NCBI GenBank assembly: GCA_013239625.1
Contig: MU053520.1
Location: forward strand, 1,083,103-1,147,102
Direction: 5' to 3'
DNA: 64,000 bases
Source: Lama guanicoe
Lineage: Eukaryota
In this document: in pieces, positions 50,618 through 63,339 of the stretch
Layout: each line of letters starts with the position of its first letter
Numbering within the stretch: position 1 is the stretch's first letter
Notes under the pieces: model-generated
Told to the model about the DNA's origin: nothing
The model's database searches: none
What the model saw: the letters and a program-made list of their open reading frames with translations, nothing else
Made by a program: the position numbers and the translations under genes

Positions 50618-51374
50618 ATATAAATATTGATTTCTGCATGTGATAAAAGGTCATTTTAATTACCATCAGTACTTTATTAGTAATTCTATTCAGAACATAC
50701 AATTACACATATTAAGAGTAAAAATAATCATTATCAATCATTTAGCACTTCACGTCGTGTCAAAGACTGAACATTACCTTTAAAACTCTGTCCAAAAAAA
50801 AAAAAAACTACATGGGATTGCAACCCCCAGATAACCTCCAGGGAGATGAAGGATGTTGGGGAGGAATATTGTAATTAAAACTGTAACCAAACCAATGCCC
50901 AGGCTGCTCATACCTACACCCTGTATTAGCTTCCCAAATCCTGATTCCAGGTCCCTTCCTGAATACGATTTTGAAGCCTCTTTGCTTTGCTCTCTGCAGG
51001 TTGTCCTGCTTCCTGCTTTTAAACCCAGGGTTAGGTCATGTTTATTCATAAACAGTAGGTACAGCCCTTTTACTAATTCCTGTCTTATTCCTCATCCCCA
51101 AGTCCCTTCAAGTTCCATCCTGACAAGTCACCACATCAGTCTGAACATAATGGTTTTCACATATTATATATATATATATTTTTTCATTTGTAGGCAATTT
51201 ATGATTTACATGAGGTGATGGGTATACCCACATTTACAGAGAGTCAAAATGAGACGTAAAGATGAAAGACCTTAACCAAAGTGGTAAGTAAGTATCAGAG
51301 CTGAGGTTGTAGGTCTTCCAACTCTAAACCCAAAGTTAACTCATTATAATACCCTGTCTCAATGTGAGAAAGAT

Positions 51375-51983
51375 TGTTATTGAACTCAGGTTTGGCTGCT
51401 CACCACCTGAAGGCTAATACTCAAGAGACAAGTGTTGTTTGGAAAGGAAAGATTGCTTTATTCAGGAGACTAGGAATCTGGGGAGAAGGCAGACTCATGT
51501 CCAAAAACCAACTCCAAAGGTTCTGCTTGACTATGAAAGTTTTTAAAGGGAGAAAGAGAAGCTAATCATCTGATGGAAGGGAGTCAGCATAGTCTTTATC
51601 TTCCACTGTGTGAAGACTTTCTTTTGATCAGTTGGTGATGAGGTAACAGGGTGGTATTCCAGAAATCTTGTACTCAGCCTGCAGTTATCATCCTCCACCT
51701 GGTTAGGGACCTTAGTTCCTGCAGAACAACTCAAAGGCATTTTATGTATATTCCTTAAGGAGAAAGCAGGTCCCTGCCCCATCACAATACTATTATTTCT
51801 TGACTGCTCCTCATTTGTTTCTATGTTCCTTCCCTTTTCTGATTAGCAACTGTTTGAATTTTCCCTTTGGAGCTCAGGGAAGGTCAAGGAGGCTGAATGA
51901 AGCATATTTCCTACAAATGAGAAACAGGGGACACAGAAAGGATCTGTACCCAGGAGGGCTCCACAGGGTTCTGCTCAATTTCA
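51375..51983 (-). mobile_element. ERV1 solo LTR (MER41-like)
   Basis: TG...CA termini and a perfect TSD agat at 51371-51374 and 51984-51987. Minus-strand polyA signal (ctttatt) near 51456. Confidence 0.92.
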
Positions 51984-53269
51984 AGATGTTTATCACAGAT
52001 AGTAATATAAATGGGTAACAACTCCTTTCCCCCACCCAATGTACCAGGTAGCAGAAAAAAATTAATGTTTCCATACAGAACATTCAGTTATAAAAGAAAT
52101 TTGTTGCTGCTAAAAGCAGCAAAATATAAATTATTCATATACAGTACATTTAGCATTAGCTCTATGAATAAGCAGCAGCTTTTATTCAGTATAGACTAAT
52201 GGCCTTGGGATGTTTCCTGGGGAAAAGCGCTACCTTCCAAAAACACACAGCATTATTCTGAATTAACAGTACAATCCTTCTATTTAAAAGAGAACTTGTT
52301 CTAAAAGAGCCTGTGACATTTAAAGAGAAAGCACACATTAGGATTAATTGAATGAGACACAGCCTGATCATGGTCATGGGAAATATAGTGTCTGATTCTC
52401 CTCCAGGTGAGGTACCTAAGGCTGGAGATGAAATATCACAGAAGAAGTTCACAGCAAATCCCAAGGATTTTTTAAGCATAGTCTTAAACACGAGACTTAA
52501 TTTTCTACTTTGGTTATGGTCACTGATCACACGCTGACTTGCACATTCAAATACTCTATCACATAAGAAATATATGTAAAATGCAATTAAGCCATCAGCG
52601 TGAAAAAAAAGAAAATTGATAAAGTGCTGATAAGTATTGAAGTTATACAAAGGGTATGTGTGGGTTCATTTTACCCTTCTCTAAACTTTTTTATATGCTT
52701 GAATGTTTCTATAATGAAAGTTTTTTTTAAGGCAAAAAAGAAATGTTCTCTGAAACCCTAAAGTCCATTTTCTTTAAATTTTCAACTGTGAAGTTAAAAA
52801 TATTATTAAAAATAGTTTAAAAAGTGAAAATGTTGAAGAGGAAAAGAATAAAAAATAAATATATTTTAGTTATCAAAAGGTGACTGAGGGAACTCACTTC
52901 AGACACATGAATATGATTTTAAAAAAGAATTGCTGACTTACATGCTCTTATATTTCTTTTTGGATGAACTGCTACCTTATATAAAATTTATAGCACAAAA
53001 TCATTTGCAAAGGCTGTGGCCATGTACCTCATGCCTGAGTTGTTTCAACAATGGCTGTTGCCCTCAAAAAGAGAGCTGGCAAATCAAAAATGGGCTGGAA
53101 ACCTGTCAATCTGAGAAATTTTTGTGTCAATTTCTTTTTCCTCAAAGCTAAAGTTTATTTTCTTAAACATTCCTATGGTTACTAGATAGAAAAAGAAACA
53201 AGCTCTTGCACCGAAAACAAAGAATCTGAACCCAGAATTCATCTCCAGATTTGTTGGTTTCTGTTTGAA

Positions 53270-53640
53270 AGTAACACAATAGTGGTTAGAAGTGAGCCTC
53301 TTAAATTCTGTGATTCTTTTATTCTCATCGCTAAATAGAATTTACTCTGCATATTTCTGGCTCTGCACATTTCAAAGCTAGTTGAAATAATAAATTTCAG
53401 GAAAATGGGATCATGGTGAGGATTAAATAAGGTTGCTTATGAGAATAATAACTGTAATTTGTTGAATAGCTAACATGTCCCAAACATGTTACAGAAATCA
53501 TATGTAATATTATCAGTAATTCCCCATATTGGTATTTGCAGACTCCACTTTGCAGATGAAAACCACCCTCAGCTTATACAGCTAATAATTACTGAACCTG
53601 CAATGAAATCCTTATGTTTGTCCCTCTGACTCTTCCCATA
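53270..53640. mobile_element. Two adjacent MIR SINE fragments in opposite orientations
   Basis: gtgaggattaaataag at ~53416 (plus-strand MIR core) and ccactttgcagatgaaaac at ~53545 (minus-strand MIR core). Confidence 0.55.
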
Positions 53641-54202
53641 CTAACATGTTTCCTCCCGTGAAACAATGAGAAAATTACCGAAGTATGAGTACAGTCCATT
53701 ATCTGCAAATTTCTTTATTAATGGATTTCAGGAAAGAGAAGATTACTCATCAGAGGTAAAAGAGGAAGAAAAAAACATGTGCTCTCCAATCTGATTTTTC
53801 TCATTTCTGTTTGTTTCTTAATGATTTATAACAATGCAAATAATTGAAAAAAAAATTTTTGAACCTTGAATAAGAAACAAGGAGGAAAACAAACCCCAGG
53901 CCATTTATTATCCCTATTCCTGCCACGAGTAATGTCAATTAAGTTCCTCCAAACAATCACAAAGGTAGTTATTTAATTGTAATTTTGTTGGATTGTTAGC
54001 AGACTTCTTTGTGTAATTTGCTTCTTAAATGAAGAGACTGTATCAACAGTGAAACCATGTGGCAAACTGGCACTGGAGCTGCATCTTATTAGAATCTGAG
54101 TGGCAGGGGAACTCAAGCACATTTAAAATCCTGCATTTGAATTTTTATTACTTGTATTGACAATCCTTTAAACACCAAGTCATAAATCAGAAGACAGTAC
54201 AA

Positions 54203-54220
54203 GGGTGCCACCTACTGGAA
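54203..54220 (-). promoter_or_regulatory. Candidate CTCF binding site
   Basis: The minus strand reads ttCCAGTAGGTGGCACc, a full match to the CTCF core CCASYAGRKGGCRS, in non-repetitive sequence. Confidence 0.5.
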
Positions 54221-54574
54221 TAACTGGCTAGATTTTGCTGCCATGGTTCCAGAAAATATAAATCCACCTAATAGTAAATCTTTTTGTTTTTCTCCTTTTT
54301 AAGTTTTATAAGGTAGAATTATTACAGTTCAAATGCACATACACATTATACTGCATGTAAATACACATATACAGTATATTGCGCTTTTTTTTAGTTTACG
54401 TATATGTACTGATTGTTGTTTCTAAGAACAGATTAGAGCCTTAGCTTTTTAAACTTACAGAGTTATCAAAGTAATAAAGCCAACTACAAAGTAAGAATCA
54501 ACAGAATGTGGTGGTCCAGTCATAAACAGCAGTCAAATGTGCGTATATATATTCAAGAAATCAATCATCTTAGT

Positions 54575-54740
54575 TCTAAATAATAAACAGTTCACTTGTG
54601 TCCTTATTATTATTGCTATTATTTTTTAGATTCCTCATATAAATGATGTCATATGGCATTTTTCTTTCTCTTTCCAGCCCACTTCACGTAGAATGGCAAT
54701 CTTCAGGTCCATCCGTATCGCTGCAAATGGCAGTAATTCA
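54575..54740 (-). mobile_element. Short internal LINE-1 fragment (ORF2 end / 3'UTR start) lacking the terminal 3'UTR
   Basis: gttcacttgtgtcc...tttttagattcctcatataaatgatgtcatatggc...caggtccatccgtatcgctgcaaatggc. Confidence 0.85.
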
Positions 54741-56188
54741 ATTATGAATTTGTCAAATTCAGGTTTCTTCACCCAAAATACATATATTTTTCATAAAAAC
54801 TTGCCAACTAAGCTTGGAAATGACAAAGACAGCATTATTACAAAGGAAAGCAGAAGTCTGAAATAGGTAAGAAAATACTCATTGAACATTAACAAGTGTG
54901 AAAATACAAGAGTTAACAGAGACGTTCCAAAGATATTAGTCAAATTGTTAAAATTAGTTTACGTACTGGTTGAAGACTGCTTCGCTTTCATTGGTCAAGG
55001 ATGTTCAGCGTAATCATGATTTTACTCAGGTATCATACTTAAATGGCAACTTAATTAAATGGTAATGTTTTCATTAATGTTAAGATGTATTTTTTAAAAA
55101 CCTTCTGGCATGTCAGGAAAAACAGTAGATCTAATCTGGGATCAAGGGAGGCATTTTTTTTTTTCCTTTTTAAGCTGTCTGAAATCAATCTCTGTTAAAA
55201 CTCATTACCCACAATTTTGAGTGCTGATAAATAAAGATTTTAGCTAAAAGATGATCAGCATAGCATTTTTTCCCAGACTATGTTGTTCAAAAGTCTGTGC
55301 TAAATATAGCTACCAATTTTCTTGCTCTTGCTGCACTGTGTGTACAGTGAACATGAAAGACATGTTCTTTGATGATGCTTTTATGTTGCCTAAGGGTCAC
55401 TATTCTAAATATGTTCTCTGTGTACAGCATAGAAACTAAGTAAAAAGCAAGATAGGAAAGATTGTTCTGAATATAAATCATTTCCATCAAGACAGCCTGG
55501 AGCTATTTTCCTTGCTGATTCCCTGTTATCAGTTGGCTTTATTATCACTTTCTTCATTCTCTAAAGAATAATGTGCCTAAAAATTCCATTTAATTGAAGA
55601 TTCCAGTTAATCCAGGCTATGATTTTATATATACACACGACTTTTCATGACCGTAGGAGCCTTCAGTAATATGGGTATGCAAGTATAATTCTGTAACTCC
55701 TCTATTGGGCTGACAGTGTCTGATAAGTTCTGTGCCAGATGCAGTTGCTTCATTCTAAAGAACTTCCTTTGACTTAAACATGGGTAAATCCTTGATAAAG
55801 CCCTTTAGAATATGCCAAGTCATTTGCCTTAACCTATTTGATACCTAACAAACTTGAAAGATGTGTCTTATTATCTTCACTCTGCAGGTAAGTAAAGTTC
55901 AAGGAAATTAAGAAGATTGCCCCCCACCACATCCTAGTGAATGTCTAAAGAAAGATTCAAGTTCCTGACAAGACCATACTGAACCACACAGTATATCCAA
56001 GTTCTTAAAAAGAGCAGAACACTTTGCTGTGTGTTCATATTGCTCCCCTGTCCTTGTACTTCTCATACTGTATCTGCTTCATTTCTCCCCAAAGCCTGTA
56101 AGCTTCTTCAAACTGCAAACTCCTTTTTTTTATTATTATTTTCAAATATCCTCAGAAGTTGGCACAAAACTTGATATTCACAGTCGAT

Positions 56189-56666
56189 TGTACCTGAGCA
56201 GGACCCTAGGGGGCCTTCCTGGGATAGAGCCCTCCCCGTATCCTCTGCTATAGCTCCTCTCTGAAGTACCCAGATCATAGAATCTGATGCACACTTCCTG
56301 AGTTGTTTTACAGATGCTAAAATCACCACGAAATAGGAGAGATTAACCGCTTAATGATCATGAGTCCCCAGACCTCCAGGTGCCTAAGGATTGATAATGT
56401 TAACCACACTGTTACCTCAATATCAACCAATCAGAGAATTGTGCACAAGCTGTTCACATACCCTGCAGCCCCACTCCCTCACCTGCCCTTTAAAAATGAT
56501 TTGCTGAAAACTTTCAGGGAGATCAGGGGTTTTACAGCACAAGCCACTCCTCCCTGCATTGGGCACTTTTACAATAAACACTGCACTTTCCTTCACCACA
56601 ACCCTGCATGAGTAGATTGGCTTTACTGCACATGGGTGAGCAGACCCAAGTTTGATTCAATAACCA
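56189..56666 (+). mobile_element. ERV1 solo LTR (MER41-like)
   Basis: tgtacctgagcaggaccct start, CCAAT (aaccaatcag) near 56427, aataaa near 56573, end caataac. TSD cgat/caat, consistent with CpG decay. Confidence 0.9.
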
Positions 56667-57059
56667 ATGATAAATTAGTGCTAGTTAAACAAATGCTTTC
56701 TGGAGAAGATGCTATTTTCCTCAAATAGTAAATGCAGTCTTACGTTTAGTATTGTTTACATTTCATGGAGTATTATAGTTTAGAATGAGACGGGAACAGG
56801 ACACAATGTACCATGAGGCCCTGCTATGTCAGGTTCCATGAAAAGTACCTTCAATTTGAGCCTGCAGGGAACATAATATTATCTTATATTAGAGACAAAG
56901 AAACAGAAAAACAGTGCAAGCAAAAGTAGCTTACCTAAAATCACCCAAAGCACCTTAACTCTCTCATCTCCTTTGATGACATTTTTGGGTATCTATAGAG
57001 AACCAGTCTATTTCTGCCGTCAGAGACTCTTAGGCTATTAAAGAGTTAAGTCATACATA

Positions 57060-57710
57060 CCATTATGAAATCCAGGAACAAACAGGGTTTAGTGATAACG
57101 TAATCAGGGAGGGAGTCCCTGAGGAGTTAAAAATTAAGTTGAGGCCTAAAAGATGCAAAAGAAATCAACCATGAACAGAGGGAGAATAAAAGTGGTCCAA
57201 AGAGAGGGAAGACCCTGAGGCAGGGAAGACTGCTGCAAATTTTAAGAGCTCAAAGTTTGCCCCTGTGCCTGAACATAATTGGATGCTCTTAAAGGGTCTC
57301 AAGCAGGGCATTAACATACTCCACTTTAAGAGGAAGGGATCAGAATTGAGCAAGAATGGAAGTAGAGTCATTAGGCACCTTTTTCAGATGTCCAAGCGTG
57401 AGATAACTCTGCTTGCAGCCAGTGAGCTAATGGAATACAGATGGAGAGAAACAGAGATTAAACATACAGGTTTGGGTTTTAGAGGAAACGAATGGACGGG
57501 CTGAAGAGAGGAGACATATGAGGCTTCTAGTCTGAGCAACTGATAAGATGATGAAATATCTTTTCTTTCAAGTTCATTCTGGGAACAGCTCGGTGAAAAT
57601 ATGCCTAAGAAATGTGAAGTATATTGGTAAAAGGGGAAAAATCAGGTACAGGGAAAAATTAAGAGGGAATGTTTGGGACATGACAGGTTTGAGAAACGTG
57701 AGAGAAGTCT
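57060..57710 (-). mobile_element. L2 LINE fragment
   Basis: aatcagggagggagtccctgaggag...aagttgaggcctaaaagatg...gaccctgaggcagggaaga...tagtctgagcaact. Confidence 0.65.
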
Positions 57711-59499
57711 AAAGCAGACCAAATGCTATTTCCCCCAACATGTCTTGACTTTCTTGTCTAAATCTTCTCATTTGGGTTGTCTTCATGCATTTCCATAACT
57801 CCCTACAGACTTTTTCTTGAACTTGGAGAGATAAAGCACAAGATTTAACCCGACCAGTCTGGGAGATGGAAGCCACCACAGCATTCCATCTGCTGCCTTG
57901 ATCCAGCTGTTGACCCAAAGTGGAAACAACAGGTATAGAACTGACAGGCATTGGTTTCAAAGTAGTGTGCCTTCAAGACCAGCTGAGGACTTCACAGAGC
58001 ACAGGGCTCCAAAACTGATAGGTTTCACTGCAGCAAGTTACAGTGCAAGAACCTTAGTTTAAATCTGCCCCTGGGCTCTTCCTAATTCAGCATGTTTACA
58101 TCTTTTGTCAACCCCCACAGGTTTAGTCTTCGATTCCACACAAGGATACTCATCTTCATGCACGGCCTTGCTCAGATTTGCCTAGTCTTGCACTTTGACT
58201 TTGTGTCTGATTATGCCCTAAGTCCAGTTTTGATTCATGCCATGGACAAGGCTTTAGTGATTTTTTAAAGTCCCTCTGTTACTAACTTAGGCTAAAACCC
58301 TAATACTAGACATGACTTCCCAGCACCAGTGTGACTGGTCTTTGGAATCCTGCCATACTCTGAGGACTGAGACAGAACAAAGACCAGTAGCTACTGAATT
58401 ATCAAAACCAGAACAGGACCTTGGAACTTAGAATCCAGTTTGGGAAGACCAGGAAATGGCAAAATTCAAATGCCCAGGTAAACACAGTAGAAGTTGCTCT
58501 GCACACATAAAAGTAGAATGAGATGTTCCTACTTTCCTACAGTTAACATCCTGATGCAACAATCCAATAGCTTATTAGGAGAGAGGCATTATAATTGACT
58601 AAAGAAAGATAGAATTGTCAAAAGCATATATAATCAGTTAACCAAATGTGAAGCATAAGTCAGGAGACAATATAGAAACAATATCAAAATTTTTGTTTAG
58701 CTACAACACATCACTACTGTCATGTTTGAGTGTGTCTGAGGTCTGTGTACCCTTGGTCCAATAATGACTTTAATTTTATTTTACCTATGCATAAACAGAT
58801 AAAGCATGGTTCACCTGCTGAGTTCAGTAACAGAACCAGCCTAGAAAAGGAAAAAGGAACCAGTCAGCCAAAAGGTTAGGTGTGGATTGTTCAGTCAAAG
58901 GCCAGCAGACCTTAGCAGCCAGATCCTAACAGTTACGTGGGTAGATTCATTTTAAAATAAGCAACAGGTTAAGAATGACAGTATTTTCATTTCACCATAT
59001 CTTATTTACTTAAATTTATGTTTGGAGAGACGTGAGCAGTTCAGAAACGCATGGGGAGAAAGGGGTTAAAACTCTTTAATCTTGGACAATTGAAAATCAT
59101 CAGCAGAATATCAAAATTTATATATAATATTCAAAGAGATACTTTGAAAATAGTATTTACTCTGTTAATATGTAGTTTCTAAACCTAGCCAGAGGTGATT
59201 ATCATAGACTAGTAACACATTGTATCACCTTTAGGGGCCATAAGTCTGAGAGTATACAGTGCATGCTACACATAGTAAATAAGGCAGGTTCCCATGCTTC
59301 GGGTTGGGGAGGGATTGAATGCCATATGTACATGCCATTGAAGAGCACATACAAAACTTCTAGTTAAATCAGAGAAACCTGGATATGCCAAGGATATGTG
59401 CTTCCTTTGGTGAGCAGGATGTCAGCTAGGTCAGCATTGGAGACCTGCATTCCTTCTCATCCTTCTCATCACTGCCCTTGACAAAATGTATAAAATGTT

Positions 59500-60060
59500 A
59501 CATTCAAGGTTAAAGTCATTTGTACCTTAAAAAGTAGCCTAATAAATATGTACACATTTGACATCCCATTCACTTGTAATACCATTTGGAGGCATGATCC
59601 TAAAAAAGGTAGGTAGAAATTTAAGAGAACAAATAAAAAAAATGTGGTAAAATGCTAATTAACTTTAAAAAATAATAATAAAACTGGGAACAATAAAAAT
59701 ATCCATTGATATGAGAATGAGTTTTAAAAGAATTTATGCTCATAAGATGAACTCCTACGAAGGCTTTAAAGTAATTTTGGAAGAACATTTAACCACAAGA
59801 TAAAAATCTCTTCCTATAATTTAAAATGAAAAAGTAATATTCAAAAGTAATATGCAGAATGATCACAATGTGTGAAATATAAATGTTTCGTTCCTAGTGT
59901 CTATAGAAAAAGGCCTGAAAAAAAAACATAAAAATGATTATCTTGATGTAGAGGAATAACAGATAACTTTATTTTCTTCATTTTCTTATGTATTTTCCAT
60001 TTTTAAAATAATGAGTATATATTACTTTCATTATTTTAAAAGAATAATAATTATAATTAA
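59500..60060 (+). mobile_element. Old LINE-1 3' end (L1ME-like)
   Basis: aaactgggaacaataaaaatatccattgatatgagaatg...ataactttattttcttcatttt...ttttaaaataatgagtatatattacttt. Confidence 0.6.
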
Positions 60061-61485
60061 ACAAGTATGAGAATATATATGCAGACATTCCAGGGAAAGA
60101 TAACACCTCTAGTTATTATTAGTTAACACGTTAGAGAAGATTATGACAATTAGCTAAGCACAGCGTCGGGGATGATGGCAGAGAGAAAGTGAATAGATGT
60201 TTGGAAGATTAGGTCAATTAAAGAAATAATAACCCATTACAAGTTTATAATGACCTGTCTCTTATAAACTGTTTTCACTTTATTCTCTGAGAACCCTTTC
60301 AACTTTCTAGTACACACATACACCCAGATGCAGACATAAATGTTGTTATTCATTATTTTAAATGCCTACAAAGACATGTCTCCCTTAGAGCCACAGCAAA
60401 GGGTTTTATAACCAGAGCTTTTATCTTAATTTTTCGTGCAAAGAACTTGGAGAGCATCTGCAGTAAAAGACAACAAAAGGTGATTTGTTCATCTTCTCCA
60501 ATCTGCAGTCTGGTTATGACATGTCCTCTTGGCTCCCTGTTAGAGACCAGGCTTCCTGCTTACAATGCCGACCAGGATCTGTCCCCATGGCTGCAGCTGA
60601 CCCCTTCCTGGCCCTGCTTTCCAAAACCATGCCCACAGCTGAGTTTTCCACTCTTGTCCTCCTTTCCCTTGATCAAAAGGGCAATGATATTACAAGCCTG
60701 GGCTCACCAACAAAGACCCATTCTACTGACACTATAAAACTCTTGCAAAGAAACAGGGCGGAGAAGTCAGGTTGAGGTGTGCAGCCTAATAGACCACCTC
60801 ACAGGCTGAGCACCAGCTTCTGACCTCCTTTCCTGGCTACATTCTGGAGGCCTGATTCTGGGCCATCCACAGCTGCACACCAGTTACTGCAGGGAAAGCA
60901 AGGCCTTTGGAAGGAGGCTGAAGATCTAAGAAGTGCTCAGCTGGGACTTGTTCACTTGATGTGTATCTTAATGCGGTGCAGATTCCTTTTAGTTAAAAAT
61001 AATCCCTCTCCTTTTGTTTTAGTAACAGGTGATTGGGGAAGTTATTTGAGCTTTTGGAAAAAACACAAAGAAGAAAAGGGATCAAATATTTTGTTTGAAG
61101 CAGAGGGGCTAGACCACGTGGAAGGCAGCATGTGTGCTAATAGAAGCACACAAGAGCAGCCGATGCTTCTGAGCAGCAGTCCTTCTGGGAAACACCTATG
61201 AAGAAGCAGAAGTTAGGGTAAGTGACATAACTTTGTAAAGATTAATACATCAGGATCAGGAATGACTAAATAACTTGTCCTAATCTACTCAACTTGAAGA
61301 GATATAGCTAGTACCTGAATGTAGATGATGTGACACCAAATTCTGAGCTTGTTTAACTCAAATCTGCTTAGCAAAACCATTGTATTTCATTTAGGAAACG
61401 CCTACTGTGGAAATGACTGTGTCTTAGGAGAGTGGATACACAGGGACAAAAGGATAGAGTCCTTTTCTATACTTCATAATGGTTG

Positions 61486-61994
61486 TGTAACTGGACGAGG
61501 CTCATTTTGCCTGATGCACAGGGAGCCAAAACACTGAGATGCCAGGGTCTGCAGCAGAGAGAGGGTTTATTTGCAAGGCAGTCAAGCAAGGAGACAGGAG
61601 AACAAATCTCAAGCCAGCCTTCCCAAAGGCAAGGGGCTCAGGGTATACATGGCACAAAGAATAAAGAAGCAGGGCATCTTGAGGTGTGGAAAGTTGGTGC
61701 AGGAATCACACTTCTGTGCAGATATAACTAGACTACAGGCTTCTGCACTTTTAAGGGTGGAGTTTTCAACCCTCTGATGTTAAAAGGTCACCGCCGAGGC
61801 ACTCATGCCTGCCCAGTTGAAGGGTCAGTGGTCCTAGCAGGTCTTACCAGCTAAGCCTGAACTAGACACAGCTGACTCCAAGTTCTTAGAAATAACTTGG
61901 GCAAACATCTTATTGTTTAGGCTATGGTGCAGCTTGGAGGACAAGCAAGTCTTAACATGGCTTTTGATTGAAGAGGATTTAACCCACGGTTTTA
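61486..61994 (-). mobile_element. ERV1 solo LTR
   Basis: tgtaac start and minus-strand polyA signal (gtttattt) near 61566. The right end is uncertain (61957 or 61994), with a near-match 4-bp TSD at either. Confidence 0.8.
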
Positions 61995-62456
61995 TTTGCA
62001 TGCATAAATCATAACAGACATAAAATATAACAGGCATCACTATTAGGGGAAGAAAAAATAAAGCCAGCAAACATGCTCTGCAAATTGTAACGCACCACAT
62101 AAACCTAAACTATTATGATTCTAGATGCTACAGTAAATACACAATATGCCTTAAGAAAGTGTTCCACTGTACAAAGGAAATTCAGCATCCTCACGTCATT
62201 CTTTCCAGGGAAGATGTGCCGCCTACACTTCAGCTCCACTTTTCTCCTTATCTTCGGCAGACCCTCTCCTCCATCCTTCCATGGCACTGTCCTGATGCAA
62301 TCTGGAATCTGAGCCATTTACAGCCACTGCCTGTCCTCTGACTGCTATGTGTGCATACCTACTGGTGGAAGTCACATGACCTACAGAGTGGGGCCACTGT
62401 AAAGTCACGGTCTCCAAATTCGCTTAGTCTCCTGGTTCTCTCCAGTTAAGACCTTT

Positions 62457-63008
62457 TGTTAGGTAGGTAGTTAAGTGGAAGCACTGGGCAGATAAGGTGA
62501 AGGAGATGGAGGATGGTCCAGAAGATGGTGGTATGCCTGTCTGCAGCATATAGAGGCTTTACTTCCTCTAAATGAGTGCCAGCAAAGAACTGGTGAGAAC
62601 CTGACGGCTACCACTGCACAGCAGTGACAAGGACCTAACCAGACACGACCCAATGCTCATTGTAATATAATTAGCATTGCAGTTAGGCCACTCCTGCCAT
62701 AGGCTTTTCTGTGCGATTCGTGGATAAGGACATGCACAGAGAGGGGGTCGGCATGACTAAGCTCCAGGGACAAGAGCCATCAGTCAATCAAGAGACCACC
62801 TCTAAGCGAGGGTGTAAGAGAAAGGGACAAAGACCGCTGCTCTCCACCCCTGGATCAGCCTGCCTCCCGTTCTTGGAGGTACACACTCCCTTTGCTAAAT
62901 AAATCCTCTAGACTCCTTCACTCCACAACGCTTTGTCTCCCATCCGAATTCCTATCTTTTGGGTAAGACAAGAACTGGGGTCTTTTTCCTTCCCCTTTTG
63001 GGGTAACA
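62457..63008 (+). mobile_element. ERV1 solo LTR
   Basis: Inverted termini tgtta...taaca, aataaa near 62898, TSD cttt/cttg. Confidence 0.85.
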
Positions 63009-63142
63009 CTTGGACTCCTTACTCATCACTTTCTACTCTTCACAGCAGCAGCTAAGCCTGTGCTGTGTTCTCAAATCTCCCATCCCCCCAGCAACTCACA
63101 CACTCCCAGCTGATCATCTATTCTATACATTTGCTTCACAGA

Positions 63143-63190
63143 TACACACAGACACACACAGACAGACAGACAGACACACACACGCACACA
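63143..63190. repeat. Compound (CA)n/(CAGA)n microsatellite
   Basis: acacacagacacacacagacagacagacagacacacacacgcacaca. Confidence 0.9.
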
Positions 63191-63339
63191 AAGTTACTGG
63201 ACTCCTTCAGCTTCCTGCCATCTTAAGGGTCTTACCTGGATCCATCAGGTACTCCCTTCCTTTAATGTCACTTAAAGGCTGCCCCTTCCCTTACCTAAAA
63301 ATCATCACCCACACTCACCCCCACCTTCTCACTCTTATT

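Noticed and set aside
48661..51987. Same-strand related LTRs at 48661 and 51375 as the two ends of one provirus
   Set aside because: Each has its own distinct TSD (catg versus agat), they are different subfamilies, and there is no gag/pol sequence between them.
52186..52650. 154-aa minus-strand ORF in unique sequence
   Set aside because: It starts at TTG, has the F/L/I-rich composition typical of random AT-rich DNA, shows no family similarity and overlaps an old L1 remnant at its start.
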